From positions 1 through 51,901 of the forward strand of contig QZJF01000012.1 in NCBI GenBank assembly GCA_003599255.1: a stretch of 51,901 nt of DNA, written 5' to 3'. Positions 36,923-46,512 of the stretch are shown in pieces. Origin of the DNA: a candidate division WWE3 bacterium. Lineage in GTDB: Bacteria > Patescibacteriota > WWE3 > UBA101185 > UBA10185. A program made the translations under genes and the position numbers. Below the pieces are notes generated by a model. It was not told the origin of the DNA and searched no databases. It saw only the letters and a list, made by a program, of their open reading frames with translations. Numbering within the stretch: the stretch's first letter is position 1; every line of letters starts with the position of its first letter.

Positions 36923-37618
36923 ATGACTTTTGACTTTCAACTGCTTCAAAAAAAGTTAAATACAAAGCTTAATAACGAGGCGCTTTTCAGGCTTGCTTTT
37001 ACACATAGATCTTATCTTAATGAACACCCTGACTTTGAACAGGTCTCTAACGAACGTTTGGAATTCCTAGGAGATGCTGTACTGCAGCTTCTATCTTCGG
37101 AGTTTCTATATGAAAAATACCCAAATTCACCTGAAGGCATTCTGACCAACTACAGATCTGCCATTGTCTGCACTCCTTCTATAGCAGCTGAGGCTAAGAG
37201 ACTGGGATACGGTGAGTTTCTGCTGTTGTCCAATGGCGAAGAAAGCACCGGTGGAAGAGAAAGAGAGTATATCCTTGCAAACACCTTTGAGGCTGTACTG
37301 GGAGCACTGTATCTGGATAAGGACCTTGATTTCTGCAAAGATTTTGTAATTAAAGAGCTGTTATATAAGGTCACTGAGATTGTAGAAAATGAAGACTACA
37401 AAGACGCTAAATCAAAGTTTCAGGAAATTGCTCAAGAAAAAATGGGAATAACTCCGGTATATCAGGTTCTAGAATCTTGGGGACCTGATCACGAAAAAAA
37501 TTTTAAAGTGGGAGTATTTTTAGGAGAAAAATTATGGGGGGAAGGGACTGGAAGAAGTAAGCAAAAAGCGGAACAACAAGCCGCCTTGCAGGCATTTGCG
37601 AAACTTTCTTCAAATTAA
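36923..37618 (+). CDS. rnc: Ribonuclease III
   Basis: AFTHRSY, NERLEFLGDAVL, dsRBD (GPDH...SKQKAEQ). Confidence 0.97.
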   Translation: MTFDFQLLQKKLNTKLNNEALFRLAFTHRSYLNEHPDFEQVSNERLEFLGDAVLQLLSSEFLYEKYPNSPEGILTNYRSAIVCTPSIAAEAKRLGYGEFLLLSNGEESTGGREREYILANTFEAVLGALYLDKDLDFCKDFVIKELLYKVTEIVENEDYKDAKSKFQEIAQEKMGITPVYQVLESWGPDHEKNFKVGVFLGEKLWGEGTGRSKQKAEQQAALQAFAKLSSN

Positions 37619-37662
37619 TTACTGTTGGAAAAACCCCGGAATTCTGCTAGAATGCTACAGCT

Positions 37663-37971
37663 ATGTCAATAACAATAAGATTAGCAAGAATAGGAAGAAA
37701 AAACTCACCGGCTTATAAAGTCGTGGTGGCAAATACGCGAAGTAAAAGAAATGGGCGTTTTTTGGATATATTGGGGCATTATAACCCTTCTGAAACACCC
37801 GTAGCGCTGGAGATAGACAAGAAAAGATTGGAAGACTGGCGGTCAAAAGGCGCCTTAATAACCGATTCGGTTACAAATCTATTGGAAGGTAATTATTCTT
37901 ACACTCCATACAGATCAAAAAAAGCGACCGCGCAGAAGAAAGACGACCAGGAAATAGAAAGTTCTGAGTAA
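37663..37971 (+). CDS. rpsP: 30S ribosomal protein S16
   Basis: IRLARIGRK..P.Y.VVV, LGHYNP. Confidence 0.96.
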   Translation: MSITIRLARIGRKNSPAYKVVVANTRSKRNGRFLDILGHYNPSETPVALEIDKKRLEDWRSKGALITDSVTNLLEGNYSYTPYRSKKATAQKKDDQEIESSE

Positions 37972-37975
37972 AACG

Positions 37976-38224
37976 ATGAAATCATTTCTGGAGCATCTTA
38001 TAAAACAGCTAGTGAACAATCCGGATGAAGTAGTCATCGACGAGTTACGCGAAGAAAGCGGAAATTTTCTGTACACTATAACAGTTTCTCCTCAAGATAT
38101 GGGTATTGTTATAGGAAAAGATGGCAATACAATAAACAGCATAAGAAATCTTGCAAAAGCTAAAGCCATTAAAGATAACGTTCGAATCGGAATTCAATTA
38201 AATGAGGTTTATGATAACAATTGA
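37976..38224 (+). CDS. khpA: KH-domain RNA-binding protein
   Basis: DMGIVIGKDGNTINSIR; follows rpsP. Confidence 0.88.
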   Translation: MKSFLEHLIKQLVNNPDEVVIDELREESGNFLYTITVSPQDMGIVIGKDGNTINSIRNLAKAKAIKDNVRIGIQLNEVYDNN

Positions 38225-38888
38225 TGTAATTACACTCTTTCCAAACCTTTTTCAAGAACACCTAAACAATCTTCCTTTTAAAAAAGCTATAAACTCCGGA
38301 TTATTGAAAGTGAACCTCATAAACCTCAGAGATTATGCCCTTGATGATTACGGCACAGTTGATGATAAGCCGTATGGAGGCGGCACAGGGATGCTATTAA
38401 TGATTGAACCTGTTTATAAAGCACTTACTGACATCTACGGAGAAAATTTTGAGAAACAATCAGACAAAAAAAGAATTATTGCACTTTCTCCAAGAGGAAA
38501 CACCTATTCACAATCAAAAGCTGCGGAACTTTCCAGAGAAACTAGAATTACATTCATTTGCGGGAGATATGAGGGTATGGATGCAAGGATAGAGGAAGAA
38601 TTAGCAACAGAAGCCATTTCCATAGGAAATTATGTCGTCTCAGGAGGTGAACTTCCATGCCTTGTTATCATGGAATCCCTCACAAGACTACTACCTGGAG
38701 TTTTGGAAAAAGATGATGCTGCCGAGAATGAATCTTTTTCGAATGGGAATTATGAGCATCCGCAGTACACTAGGCCTGAAGAATTCAGAGGAATGAAAGT
38801 TCCGGGTGTTCTTTTGTCGGGGGATCACAAGAAGATTGATGATTGGAAAAATGAAAACAAGGGACCAATTCTGCCTATTCTAGGTTAG
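38211..38888 (+). CDS. trmD: tRNA (guanine37-N1)-methyltransferase
   Basis: VDDKPYGGGTGM, CGRYEG, SIGNYVVSGGE, PQYTRP. Confidence 0.97.
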   Translation: MITIDVITLFPNLFQEHLNNLPFKKAINSGLLKVNLINLRDYALDDYGTVDDKPYGGGTGMLLMIEPVYKALTDIYGENFEKQSDKKRIIALSPRGNTYSQSKAAELSRETRITFICGRYEGMDARIEEELATEAISIGNYVVSGGELPCLVIMESLTRLLPGVLEKDDAAENESFSNGNYEHPQYTRPEEFRGMKVPGVLLSGDHKKIDDWKNENKGPILPILG

Positions 38889-39720
38889 CTGGTTCTTCGA
38901 CTGGAACTTCTTCACCCGATTCATCGCCAAAAACACTCACAACTTCTTCGCCTTCCTCGCTGGGTGTCGATTCCTCAACCTCAGGCTCAAAAGGCACAAT
39001 AGGAAGATCGTCTACATTTACATCTTCAATATTCGAATAATCATAATAACGTAAGTTCTTAACTCTATTAATGAAAGAGATAAAATTATCACTTGCGATA
39101 TCCAAAGTTACAGGATCATCCGTAATGGCGGATGATTGAACCATCAAATAAGGAGAATAAACGGAAAAATTCAAGGAAAGAGTATTATTGTCACCAATTT
39201 CTGCAAATCTAAAATTTGCAACATTTATGAGACGGGCAGCAGTCTCGGCCGATTTCATAAAGGTTACCATTTGTTCATATGTACCTTCCGCCCCTAATGA
39301 GATAACAACAATATTATACGAGCCGCTTTGTTCTTCTTCGGAAGGTACCTCACCAAAAGTGTAGCTAAGTTTAGTAACATCAAGTCCTGAGTTTCTGGCT
39401 ATAGTATCAACTTGATCCAACAGCGCGGGAACAAACTCCTCGGAGGGGAGAGCCCTGTCTACTAACAGCGAATTCTCATCCACCACACTCTTAAAATCTA
39501 CTAATTTGTATATATTTTCTTTTTTAGCAGCTAGGGTATCCCTCAAAGCTCTTTTTGATTCAAGATCGCTCTGAAGTTGCGGTACTCTCGATACAGACGG
39601 GTATATTATCAAAAAGAAAAGTATTGCAGAAATAGTTAAGCAAACAATAGGAACAAGAAAATTAACAAACGCGTTTCTAATTCTGGAAGTATCTATGTTT
39701 ACGTTTCCTTTAAGATTCAT
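38875..39720 (-). CDS. pilO: Type IV pilus assembly protein PilO-like
   Basis: TM plus coiled coil; ALP...LLDQV...GL, GTYEQMVTFM...RLINV; third gene in M-N-O order. Confidence 0.8.
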   Translation of the reverse strand: MNLKGNVNIDTSRIRNAFVNFLVPIVCLTISAILFFLIIYPSVSRVPQLQSDLESKRALRDTLAAKKENIYKLVDFKSVVDENSLLVDRALPSEEFVPALLDQVDTIARNSGLDVTKLSYTFGEVPSEEEQSGSYNIVVISLGAEGTYEQMVTFMKSAETAARLINVANFRFAEIGDNNTLSLNFSVYSPYLMVQSSAITDDPVTLDIASDNFISFINRVKNLRYYDYSNIEDVNVDDLPIVPFEPEVEESTPSEEGEEVVSVFGDESGEEVPVEEPANLE

Positions 39721-39721
39721 T

Positions 39722-40303
39722 CTATTTGTTCTTTATCATTTCCAAATTTATATCTACGGTTATTGCAAATCTGACCAAACCCTTGGACTTCTCAAGGTTT
39801 ACCGAATTTAGAGAAACTGATGTAAACATTCCTCTCAGCTGCGGATTACCGCCCTGAAATTCTGGTGATAGTAGATTGTTCATGAAATTCGAAATAAGAA
39901 TATAGTTATTTGCCACACCTGATAAGCTGATCTTGGTTCCCTTTTGAAGGGTAAAGCTATCGATGAGGATACCTTCTGGCGTCCTGGCACGAAGCTCCTC
40001 AGCTAACATAGAATAATTACCCCTTGAGGCAAAAATCTCGTTAAGAACCTTGTATTTACTATCAAGATTTCTTGCACTGATTTCAACAGGGGCTAGTGAG
40101 TTAATTTCAGCACGAAGTTTTTCTACTTCAGAATCCAAATCATCTATTGACCCACTTAGTGTAGTTGTTTGGTAAAAAAAGTAGCCACCGATACCTCCGA
40201 CAATTATTAAAATAAGAATCGAAACGACAGTGCTAAGTTTTACAACTTTAGTTTTTGTCTGCTCCTGTACTTCTTGTTGAGGTATTAAGTTAATACTTTG
40301 CAT
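39722..40303 (-). CDS. pilN: Type IV pilus assembly protein PilN-like
   Basis: INLIP N-terminal motif, TM, coiled coil. Confidence 0.85.
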   Translation of the reverse strand: MQSINLIPQQEVQEQTKTKVVKLSTVVSILILIIVGGIGGYFFYQTTTLSGSIDDLDSEVEKLRAEINSLAPVEISARNLDSKYKVLNEIFASRGNYSMLAEELRARTPEGILIDSFTLQKGTKISLSGVANNYILISNFMNNLLSPEFQGGNPQLRGMFTSVSLNSVNLEKSKGLVRFAITVDINLEMIKNK

Positions 40304-40304
40304 C

Positions 40305-41336
40305 CTATACTTCCTTTAGTGCAAGTCCATACGCCGACGAAAATATCGGGCCTTGCTCCAGTAAAGACGGATTTTTCTGCTGTGCTTTGGGACCTAATAT
40401 GAGATCTCTAAACGGGTTTGCCACCTCGACTTCCAGGTCGAGATTGCTTGCCATATACAATAATAGTCCCGGCATCTGAGCAGCTCCGCCGGTTAAAATT
40501 ACCCTTTTAATGTTAGCATTAGGCTGTTGCTTTGTGAAGAAAATACTTGCGCGTTTGACCTCCTCAATCATACTGTCAATATGGGGTTTTACAACATCGT
40601 ATATTTTTCCGTCTACCTGATTCTTATCCATACCATAAACTTTTTTGTATTCTTCGGCCTGATTATAATCAAGATTAAGGCTTTGCTGAATTGATCTGGT
40701 CATGACATCCCCTCCAATTTGAACATTTCTAGTAAATCTTACGAAACCTCCGTATGTAATGATGATTATCGACCTGGAATAACCCATATCCAAAATGACA
40801 GACCCTGACGGTGCCTCTTTTGTGTCTCCCAGAGCTCTTCCCAACGCGAGAGTTTCCGGCTCTATTGCTTTTGGAATAAGATGCGCACGTTTGATAATAT
40901 CTACATGTTTCTCGAGAGTATTTTTTCTGGCGGCAACCATCTGCACATTCATTTTGGCTTTATCCGCATAATCAACGTCAAGTTTCTGAAATGATAAATT
41001 TACTTCGTTTAGTGGAAGGGGGATATATTGCTCAGCCTCGTAATTGACAGCGTTTCGTAAATCTTTATCACTCATTTGAGGAAACTTAATTATTCTCATG
41101 TATATGTAAGTCTCGTCCAGACCGACGACTACATAAGGCGTGGAAAAACCAACTTCTGCAAAAAAATCCTTTAATGAATTGGCATATATTTCTCTATCGT
41201 CTGTAGACTCGGATTCAAAGTTAAGCTTGGGATTCTCATAGACTGCATATCTGTTGACTGTAAGTCCTTCTTTTTTTCTCTCTAGCTCTATAGCTCTAAA
41301 GTTATTTTTTCCTAAATCCAATCCAACAATGGGCAT
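40305..41336 (-). CDS. pilM: Type IV pilus assembly protein PilM
   Basis: VGLDLG, EAEQYIP, ILDMG, ILTGGAA, VANPF, AYGLALK. Confidence 0.93.
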   Translation of the reverse strand: MPIVGLDLGKNNFRAIELERKKEGLTVNRYAVYENPKLNFESESTDDREIYANSLKDFFAEVGFSTPYVVVGLDETYIYMRIIKFPQMSDKDLRNAVNYEAEQYIPLPLNEVNLSFQKLDVDYADKAKMNVQMVAARKNTLEKHVDIIKRAHLIPKAIEPETLALGRALGDTKEAPSGSVILDMGYSRSIIIITYGGFVRFTRNVQIGGDVMTRSIQQSLNLDYNQAEEYKKVYGMDKNQVDGKIYDVVKPHIDSMIEEVKRASIFFTKQQPNANIKRVILTGGAAQMPGLLLYMASNLDLEVEVANPFRDLILGPKAQQKNPSLLEQGPIFSSAYGLALKEV

Positions 41337-41359
41337 AAATAAATGTTACCTTAGATAAG

Positions 41360-42184
41360 CTAATTAGACAATGCATCAGTGTCCGACTTTTGGTAGATAA
41401 CGTAGTCAAATATGGCCGGAACAAACGGATCAGATTTAATAACAGTTACGGTTTTTCTTGCCTCACCTACCTGGCCAACTGAGTCAATCCTGATACCTTG
41501 TGCGGGAATTGTATAGCCGGGTGCAGGGAGTACATCCACGTCCACCGGCGCATATGCTGATTTTAATCGAATCGACAACGGTGTATCACTTGCTGTTAAC
41601 GTAAAGCAATTCTGATATCCATAAAGTGATGAGGCTGTCAGGAAGTTATTTTCAGGATGTGCGGAGGTGGTTGAGTTATACGCAAAAGGTTCGGCATTAG
41701 TAGCACCACTTACGGTTTTAATATACATTCCTGTTACAGACTGCTCTCCGTTCCAACATACACTTATACCTTGACCGGATGTATACCCAACAAGAGATAA
41801 CTCCGTGGTCTCAGATTCTCTGAGTGACAGGGGATATGGATCAGAGGATGCCCCCATATGACTCAACGTAACGTTTGCAATAAGCTTCTGACCATTAACA
41901 TCAGTAATTTCCAGGTAGCAGCTCGTCCCGCAGTTATTAAATGTAATAAAATCTTCTAATGTTTCTGTTGGTAAAACTAAGAGCCTTTCTATAGCCGCTT
42001 CCGCTACTGCTACGGCTTTTGTAGTATTATCCGAGGATGTAATTGCCCTTAAACCTTTTATAAATCTATCCGATACAGTTACTCCCACCATCAATGCAAT
42101 AATCATTAACACAATCATCGCAAGCACTGTCTGACCCTTTTGATTTCGAAAAAGATCCTTTGTTTTTAACTCTAGTGACAACAT
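41360..42184 (-). CDS. PilX-like minor pilin
   Basis: KG|QTVL (no Glu5), AVAVAEAAIE, C-terminal PAIFDYVIY. Confidence 0.75.
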   Translation of the reverse strand: MLSLELKTKDLFRNQKGQTVLAMIVLMIIALMVGVTVSDRFIKGLRAITSSDNTTKAVAVAEAAIERLLVLPTETLEDFITFNNCGTSCYLEITDVNGQKLIANVTLSHMGASSDPYPLSLRESETTELSLVGYTSGQGISVCWNGEQSVTGMYIKTVSGATNAEPFAYNSTTSAHPENNFLTASSLYGYQNCFTLTASDTPLSIRLKSAYAPVDVDVLPAPGYTIPAQGIRIDSVGQVGEARKTVTVIKSDPFVPAIFDYVIYQKSDTDALSN

Positions 42185-42188
42185 ATTC

Positions 42189-42731
42189 CTAATAAGAATT
42201 TCTGATAACTATAGTATTTATAATTTGAACTTCACCCTCAAATGTGGGACTGGGTGTAGCCTGCGCCTGTCTGAAAACAAGTGCTATATCAACAACCTGC
42301 GGAGTACCGGTAGTAACTATAAAGCAAGTAGGGTTGCATGCCATGTGTACTCCGCCCACGGTTTGACCAACCAATGGAGTAGCAACAAGAGCATTAGCAT
42401 TACTCGTAGACCAAACACATGCACCGGTGGTAGTTGTACGATATATATTGTTGTTGGCGACGTTGTAACATATTGTGATATTTGTAGAAGGATCTTCAAA
42501 GCTTATCCGCGTCCCGCCGTTTGTTACCACAACGTTTGATGCATTCCTCAACTCTTTTTCCAACTTTAACCCCAAAAAGTTGGCCTGCTGTTCTAATTCG
42601 TTAATCAATGTGGATTTGTTAAAGCTTCGTACAAGTGAAACTAAAATATCCCCGGTTACTCCAACAGATATAGAAACAAGAGCTATAACAAGAAGTAGTT
42701 CTATTAAGGTAAAACCGGAATTTCTCTTCAT
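42189..42731 (-). CDS. Minor pilin, PilW/GspJ-like
   Basis: G|FTLIELL; LEKELRNA. Confidence 0.8.
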   Translation of the reverse strand: MKRNSGFTLIELLLVIALVSISVGVTGDILVSLVRSFNKSTLINELEQQANFLGLKLEKELRNASNVVVTNGGTRISFEDPSTNITICYNVANNNIYRTTTTGACVWSTSNANALVATPLVGQTVGGVHMACNPTCFIVTTGTPQVVDIALVFRQAQATPSPTFEGEVQIINTIVIRNSY

Positions 42732-43258
42732 TTGCCCCTCCAGTTGGAAAGATCAGTATACACATTGGTCATCTTAGCTTGTGTACCTACATCCCAGGTT
42801 ACTGTCACATAAACTCTGACTATATTAGTAGGGTCGTTAGCGTCCGGGACTATGCTGAACCAATGAGTCACGTTCTGCCCATCGATATTTTCTACCCGCG
42901 CGCCTGCATTTACCTGCACAGGATTAGAAGTCATATTGCATTGTTTTGTACAGGGTGCCGCTGCACAAGTACAATCATAGTCACTCACTAAGGGGTCGTT
43001 ATCAGTAATATCCAATGTGTCCATAAAAACCAGCCAGGAAACGTTCTCGTCGTCTCTGAACGCCCTTACCAATTCTGATTCACGATTTGCAATTTTTGTC
43101 GCCTCAAGTAGTAACTTGCTTTGCAAAGAAGACCTTAGTGTGTAGAGTGAAAGAGACACTAACGCAGTAATTACAACCATTGATATGCCAAACGCGGCTA
43201 TAACTTCAACTAACCCTATACCTTTTTGATTGAGCATCGATTTTTTGGTTAAGTACAT
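42728..43258 (-). CDS. Minor pilin, PilV/GspI-like
   Basis: KG|IGLVEVI; C-terminal VYVTVTW. Confidence 0.78.
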   Translation of the reverse strand: MYLTKKSMLNQKGIGLVEVIAAFGISMVVITALVSLSLYTLRSSLQSKLLLEATKIANRESELVRAFRDDENVSWLVFMDTLDITDNDPLVSDYDCTCAAAPCTKQCNMTSNPVQVNAGARVENIDGQNVTHWFSIVPDANDPTNIVRVYVTVTWDVGTQAKMTNVYTDLSNWRGK

Positions 43259-43830
43259 AGCAATGATGAATTTGTATAAATCAGGCCACGAGTATTAAAC
43301 AGGATTCTTCGGCAATCTCCACTTGTTGTACTGCCGACATAACCTACAATAAGCTGTGTTCCTGGAAAATTAACTGTATTTATACTCCCATCCCTTATGC
43401 TGAAATACATACACCTGAATCCGCCCGTCACCTTTATTTCTAAAGTATTCTGGATTTCCGAATGTCCTTGAGCCTGTGCGACAGGTATGGGGTCAGGACA
43501 AGTTGTATTGGTATCCGATATGAAGAACTCGTACCTGTTGCTACCGGTACCTGCTCCGGAGTTAAACCTGATTCCCCAATATTCCACTGGGTTCGGTCCA
43601 ATAGTAGTGTCTGATAGAGTGCCTGTCAGTGCTTTATTTTGGATATTTCTCATATCACTTTTAAGCTGCTCTTGGGCCTGTTTGACATTTTGATTTCTGA
43701 TATAACCTGCAAAAGAGGGGATAAGTGCACCTGTCACCAGGACAATTATTGTAACGACCACCAGTAATTCTACAAGCGTAAAACCCGATGTCTTAACTGG
43801 AATACATTTAAGGGCAGAACTGCGTCGCAT
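43249..43830 (-). CDS. Minor pilin, FimT/GspH-like
   Basis: G|FTLVELL; LKSDMRNIQNKAL; ILFNTRGLI. Confidence 0.8.
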   Translation of the reverse strand: MRRSSALKCIPVKTSGFTLVELLVVVTIIVLVTGALIPSFAGYIRNQNVKQAQEQLKSDMRNIQNKALTGTLSDTTIGPNPVEYWGIRFNSGAGTGSNRYEFFISDTNTTCPDPIPVAQAQGHSEIQNTLEIKVTGGFRCMYFSIRDGSINTVNFPGTQLIVGYVGSTTSGDCRRILFNTRGLIYTNSSLLCT

Positions 43831-43848
43831 AAAATAATATTAACACAA

Positions 43849-44361
43849 TCAAGGAGAAATTAGACTAAGATTAGTGCCTACTTCATACGTTCCTGTGTCA
43901 TCCCCACCGTCGTTTGACATTTCAGAAACTGCAAGTTCCATTTTCACATTTAATTCATAGGTTTCACCGTTATGAACATAAGAATAATGGTAATTTGCAT
44001 CATTTATTGGGTCCAACGGCAAGAATGTTGAATAGTTTCTTAGATCCTGTTCAATCCAACCGGACTGCGAATTGTCCGGAGATATGGTACTCGCTGAGGG
44101 GAGCTCGTGACTATTTCTAAGGGTGTCTGGAGCATCAGGATAACCTCCAGTATCCAAATGGTATTCCGTAATTATTCTCTCCAAAACAAATATATCGTTA
44201 ATCCGTTTATTGTCTCTTGCCCTAGCTCTGCCCTCCAGAGGATTATAGACTAATAGAGTTACTGTTAATAATATTGCAGCTATCGCCATCACCAGCATTA
44301 ACTCAACATAAGTAAAACCTTTTGACTTACTTCTCATATTAGAGGGGATTCTCAACGCCAT
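43849..44361 (-). CDS. Pilin, GspG-like
   Basis: G|FTYVELM; RARDNKRINDI; YP; LPLDP. Confidence 0.85.
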   Translation of the reverse strand: MALRIPSNMRSKSKGFTYVELMLVMAIAAILLTVTLLVYNPLEGRARARDNKRINDIFVLERIITEYHLDTGGYPDAPDTLRNSHELPSASTISPDNSQSGWIEQDLRNYSTFLPLDPINDANYHYSYVHNGETYELNVKMELAVSEMSNDGGDDTGTYEVGTNLSLISP

Positions 44362-44893
44362 AACAGGGAGTTCCGCAGTTACACCCGGTAACGTTTCCGC
44401 TGGTGCAATTTGACAAAGAGTTGCACAGACTCTGGGCAGCAGATGTCTGTGTTTCCATAAGAGTTATTAAAACATATCTGGATGATAAACAACCGGCACC
44501 TACACATGTATTAGTGCGGTAATAATAGCCATACGTTGTCATTCCGCAAGTTGCGGCGCCGATATTTTCATTGTTTCTTGGATCAATTGGTATAACTTGA
44601 ACGTACGTGCCTTGCAAGGGTGTGGCTAATATTCCCGGTGTTCTGCTCCAACTGGCAGAATTCTGGGGATACCCTCTGTTATCTGCAAAGTACAATTCCA
44701 AGGCAGTTTGAATTCTTTTTAAATCTCCGGATCTTTGAGCATCTCTAGACCTAGCCCGTATTCCGGCAACATTGATAACACTCAGAACAAGACCGCTTAA
44801 GACACCAATTATAATTACTACCAATAGCAGTTCTATTAATGTAAAACCGGATTGTTTTGTTTTTTTCATCCTTGCTATTTTAGGTTCAATCAT
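44339..44893 (-). CDS. Pilin, GspG-like with Cys-rich C-terminus
   Basis: G|FTLIELL; RSRDAQRSGDLKRIQTALELY; IPIDP. Confidence 0.87.
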   Translation of the reverse strand: MIEPKIARMKKTKQSGFTLIELLLVVIIIGVLSGLVLSVINVAGIRARSRDAQRSGDLKRIQTALELYFADNRGYPQNSASWSRTPGILATPLQGTYVQVIPIDPRNNENIGAATCGMTTYGYYYRTNTCVGAGCLSSRYVLITLMETQTSAAQSLCNSLSNCTSGNVTGCNCGTPCYGVENPL

Positions 44894-44903
44894 ATAAAAA
44901 ATA

Positions 44904-46448
44904 TTACTGTGTGACTAAAGTTGTTACTCTTATGGAGGCGGTATCAAATTGATTGTTATACGACGCGGTAACCGTTACTAATCCGGGAGAGACTCCCTGT
45001 ACAGTACCGTCGCTTCTCACATTTACCGCCCCACCCAATCTTGAAGGTGCTGCGAGCCATGTGGCTTGGTTTGTTACATCTATGGTCAGCCCATTGCTGT
45101 AAACTGCTAGCGCCCTTAATTGCACTATTTCCCCAATTCCTATTGTGGCTGAGGAAGGCGTTACGGTCAAAGAAGTAATGGAAGGGGTAACAATTGATTG
45201 CACAGTGATAATAGAACTATTGGAAAATCCTCCGTACGACGCAAAGACCCGGGCAGTACCGCTTGCCAATGCAGTAACCATACCCTGGCTATCAACCGAA
45301 ACAATATTACCGAGCTGTTGCACCGTCCAAGAAGCATAATTTGTAACTATTCGAAGAGAACTGTCCGAATATGTTGCAACCGCAGTTAGCTGCTGTCTTT
45401 GGCCAACATCAAGTGTTGCCGATGTAGGACTGACTGTTAAACCGGTCATTGTTGCACTTGAAGCATTAACCGTCAGAGACGCACTTGCATTATAACCTCC
45501 GAATGATGCCCTGACCGATGCGGTACCTGCGTTCTGTGCTGTAACTAAACCGGTACTATTAACGGAAGCAACATTCGTTCCGCTTATGTATAGGACCGTC
45601 CAGGTCGCTGATGAGTTTACATTCGAAGTAGAACCATCCGAGTATGTCGCAGTGGCTGTATATTGTTGCGTGCTTCCAACTGTCAAAGTAGTAGAAGTAG
45701 GAGCTAAAGAAAGTGATGTTACAGTTGGCGCTACAGCGGTTACTGCAACGGGAATAGTCGCGCTCAAACCGCTGAAAGAGGCGGTCACAGTTGTATTTCC
45801 GGCACCGGTCGCGGTAATCAAGCCTGACGATGAAATTGTAACTACCCCTGAAACAGAAGATGTATAAGATGCAGATGAGGCGACGTTTACAGTTGCTCCG
45901 TCAGAATATGTTGCAGTAACAGTTAACTGTTGAGTATTACCAACCTGAAGCGAAATGGGTGAGGGAGTAGCCGTCAGAGACACTACGCTTGGTGCGGTCC
46001 CTCCCGGCGTAACACAAACATCAATAACATCTATATTAGTAGCATCACAGTGAAAAGCGCCATCCCACGCTGTACTGAATTTTCTAAAATTTTGATCAGA
46101 TTGCTGCACATAAGCAGCAAATGCATCATTAACAGGATCAACTCGATATTCCACACCGGTCGGCCAACTTACGATATATTCGTCTAAATTAGGATCTGAG
46201 GGAATGCCCCCGCTTTCAGCAGGGTAATAGCCTTCAATAGCCTCAAAAGCTTCTATTGCTTGATTTGCCTGTTCTAATTGGGACAACCTTACGGCATCGG
46301 CTGCCCTTTCCCTCTGTGTCTGCTGGTTGATTGTTGTAATAACTACACCGGCCAAAATACCAATTACGGTTACCGACAGCAAAATCTCCACCAAAGTAAA
46401 TCCGCGTTCGATGATAGAATTTTTTTTTGAATTTATATGCCGATTCAT
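44904..46448 (-). CDS. Modular pilin with four Big_2 (bacterial Ig-like) repeats
   Basis: G|FTLVEIL; four units of about 85-90 aa matching L...P....L.VG..QQL.A.ATYSD....V...A.W...GLVTA...G...V.AS. Confidence 0.88.
   Translation of the reverse strand: MNRHINSKKNSIIERGFTLVEILLSVTVIGILAGVVITTINQQTQRERAADAVRLSQLEQANQAIEAFEAIEGYYPAESGGIPSDPNLDEYIVSWPTGVEYRVDPVNDAFAAYVQQSDQNFRKFSTAWDGAFHCDATNIDVIDVCVTPGGTAPSVVSLTATPSPISLQVGNTQQLTVTATYSDGATVNVASSASYTSSVSGVVTISSSGLITATGAGNTTVTASFSGLSATIPVAVTAVAPTVTSLSLAPTSTTLTVGSTQQYTATATYSDGSTSNVNSSATWTVLYISGTNVASVNSTGLVTAQNAGTASVRASFGGYNASASLTVNASSATMTGLTVSPTSATLDVGQRQQLTAVATYSDSSLRIVTNYASWTVQQLGNIVSVDSQGMVTALASGTARVFASYGGFSNSSIITVQSIVTPSITSLTVTPSSATIGIGEIVQLRALAVYSNGLTIDVTNQATWLAAPSRLGGAVNVRSDGTVQGVSPGLVTVTASYNNQFDTASIRVTTLVTQ
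44910..45990 (-). repeat. Four diverged tandem Ig-like domain repeats (protein level)
   Basis: Recurring ATYSDG/ATYSDG/ATYSDS/AVYSNG and ASFSG/ASFGG/ASYGG/ASYNN; boundaries approximate. Confidence 0.8.
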
Positions 46449-46471
46449 TTAAAAAACACTTCGATCTGCAA

Positions 46472-46495
46472 AGGCCCCGCCTGTTGGTGGGGCCT
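46472..46495 (-). terminator. GC-rich hairpin after the putative major pilin (leaky terminator or stabiliser)
   Basis: AGGCCCC...GGGGCCT stem with only a short U tract. Confidence 0.55.
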
Positions 46496-46512
46496 GAGAG
46501 ATGAAGTTATTA

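Noticed and set aside
38875-38888. Convergent overlaps trmD/pilO and truB/membrane gene (22566-22577)
   Set aside because: Short tail-to-tail overlaps are ordinary in compact genomes.
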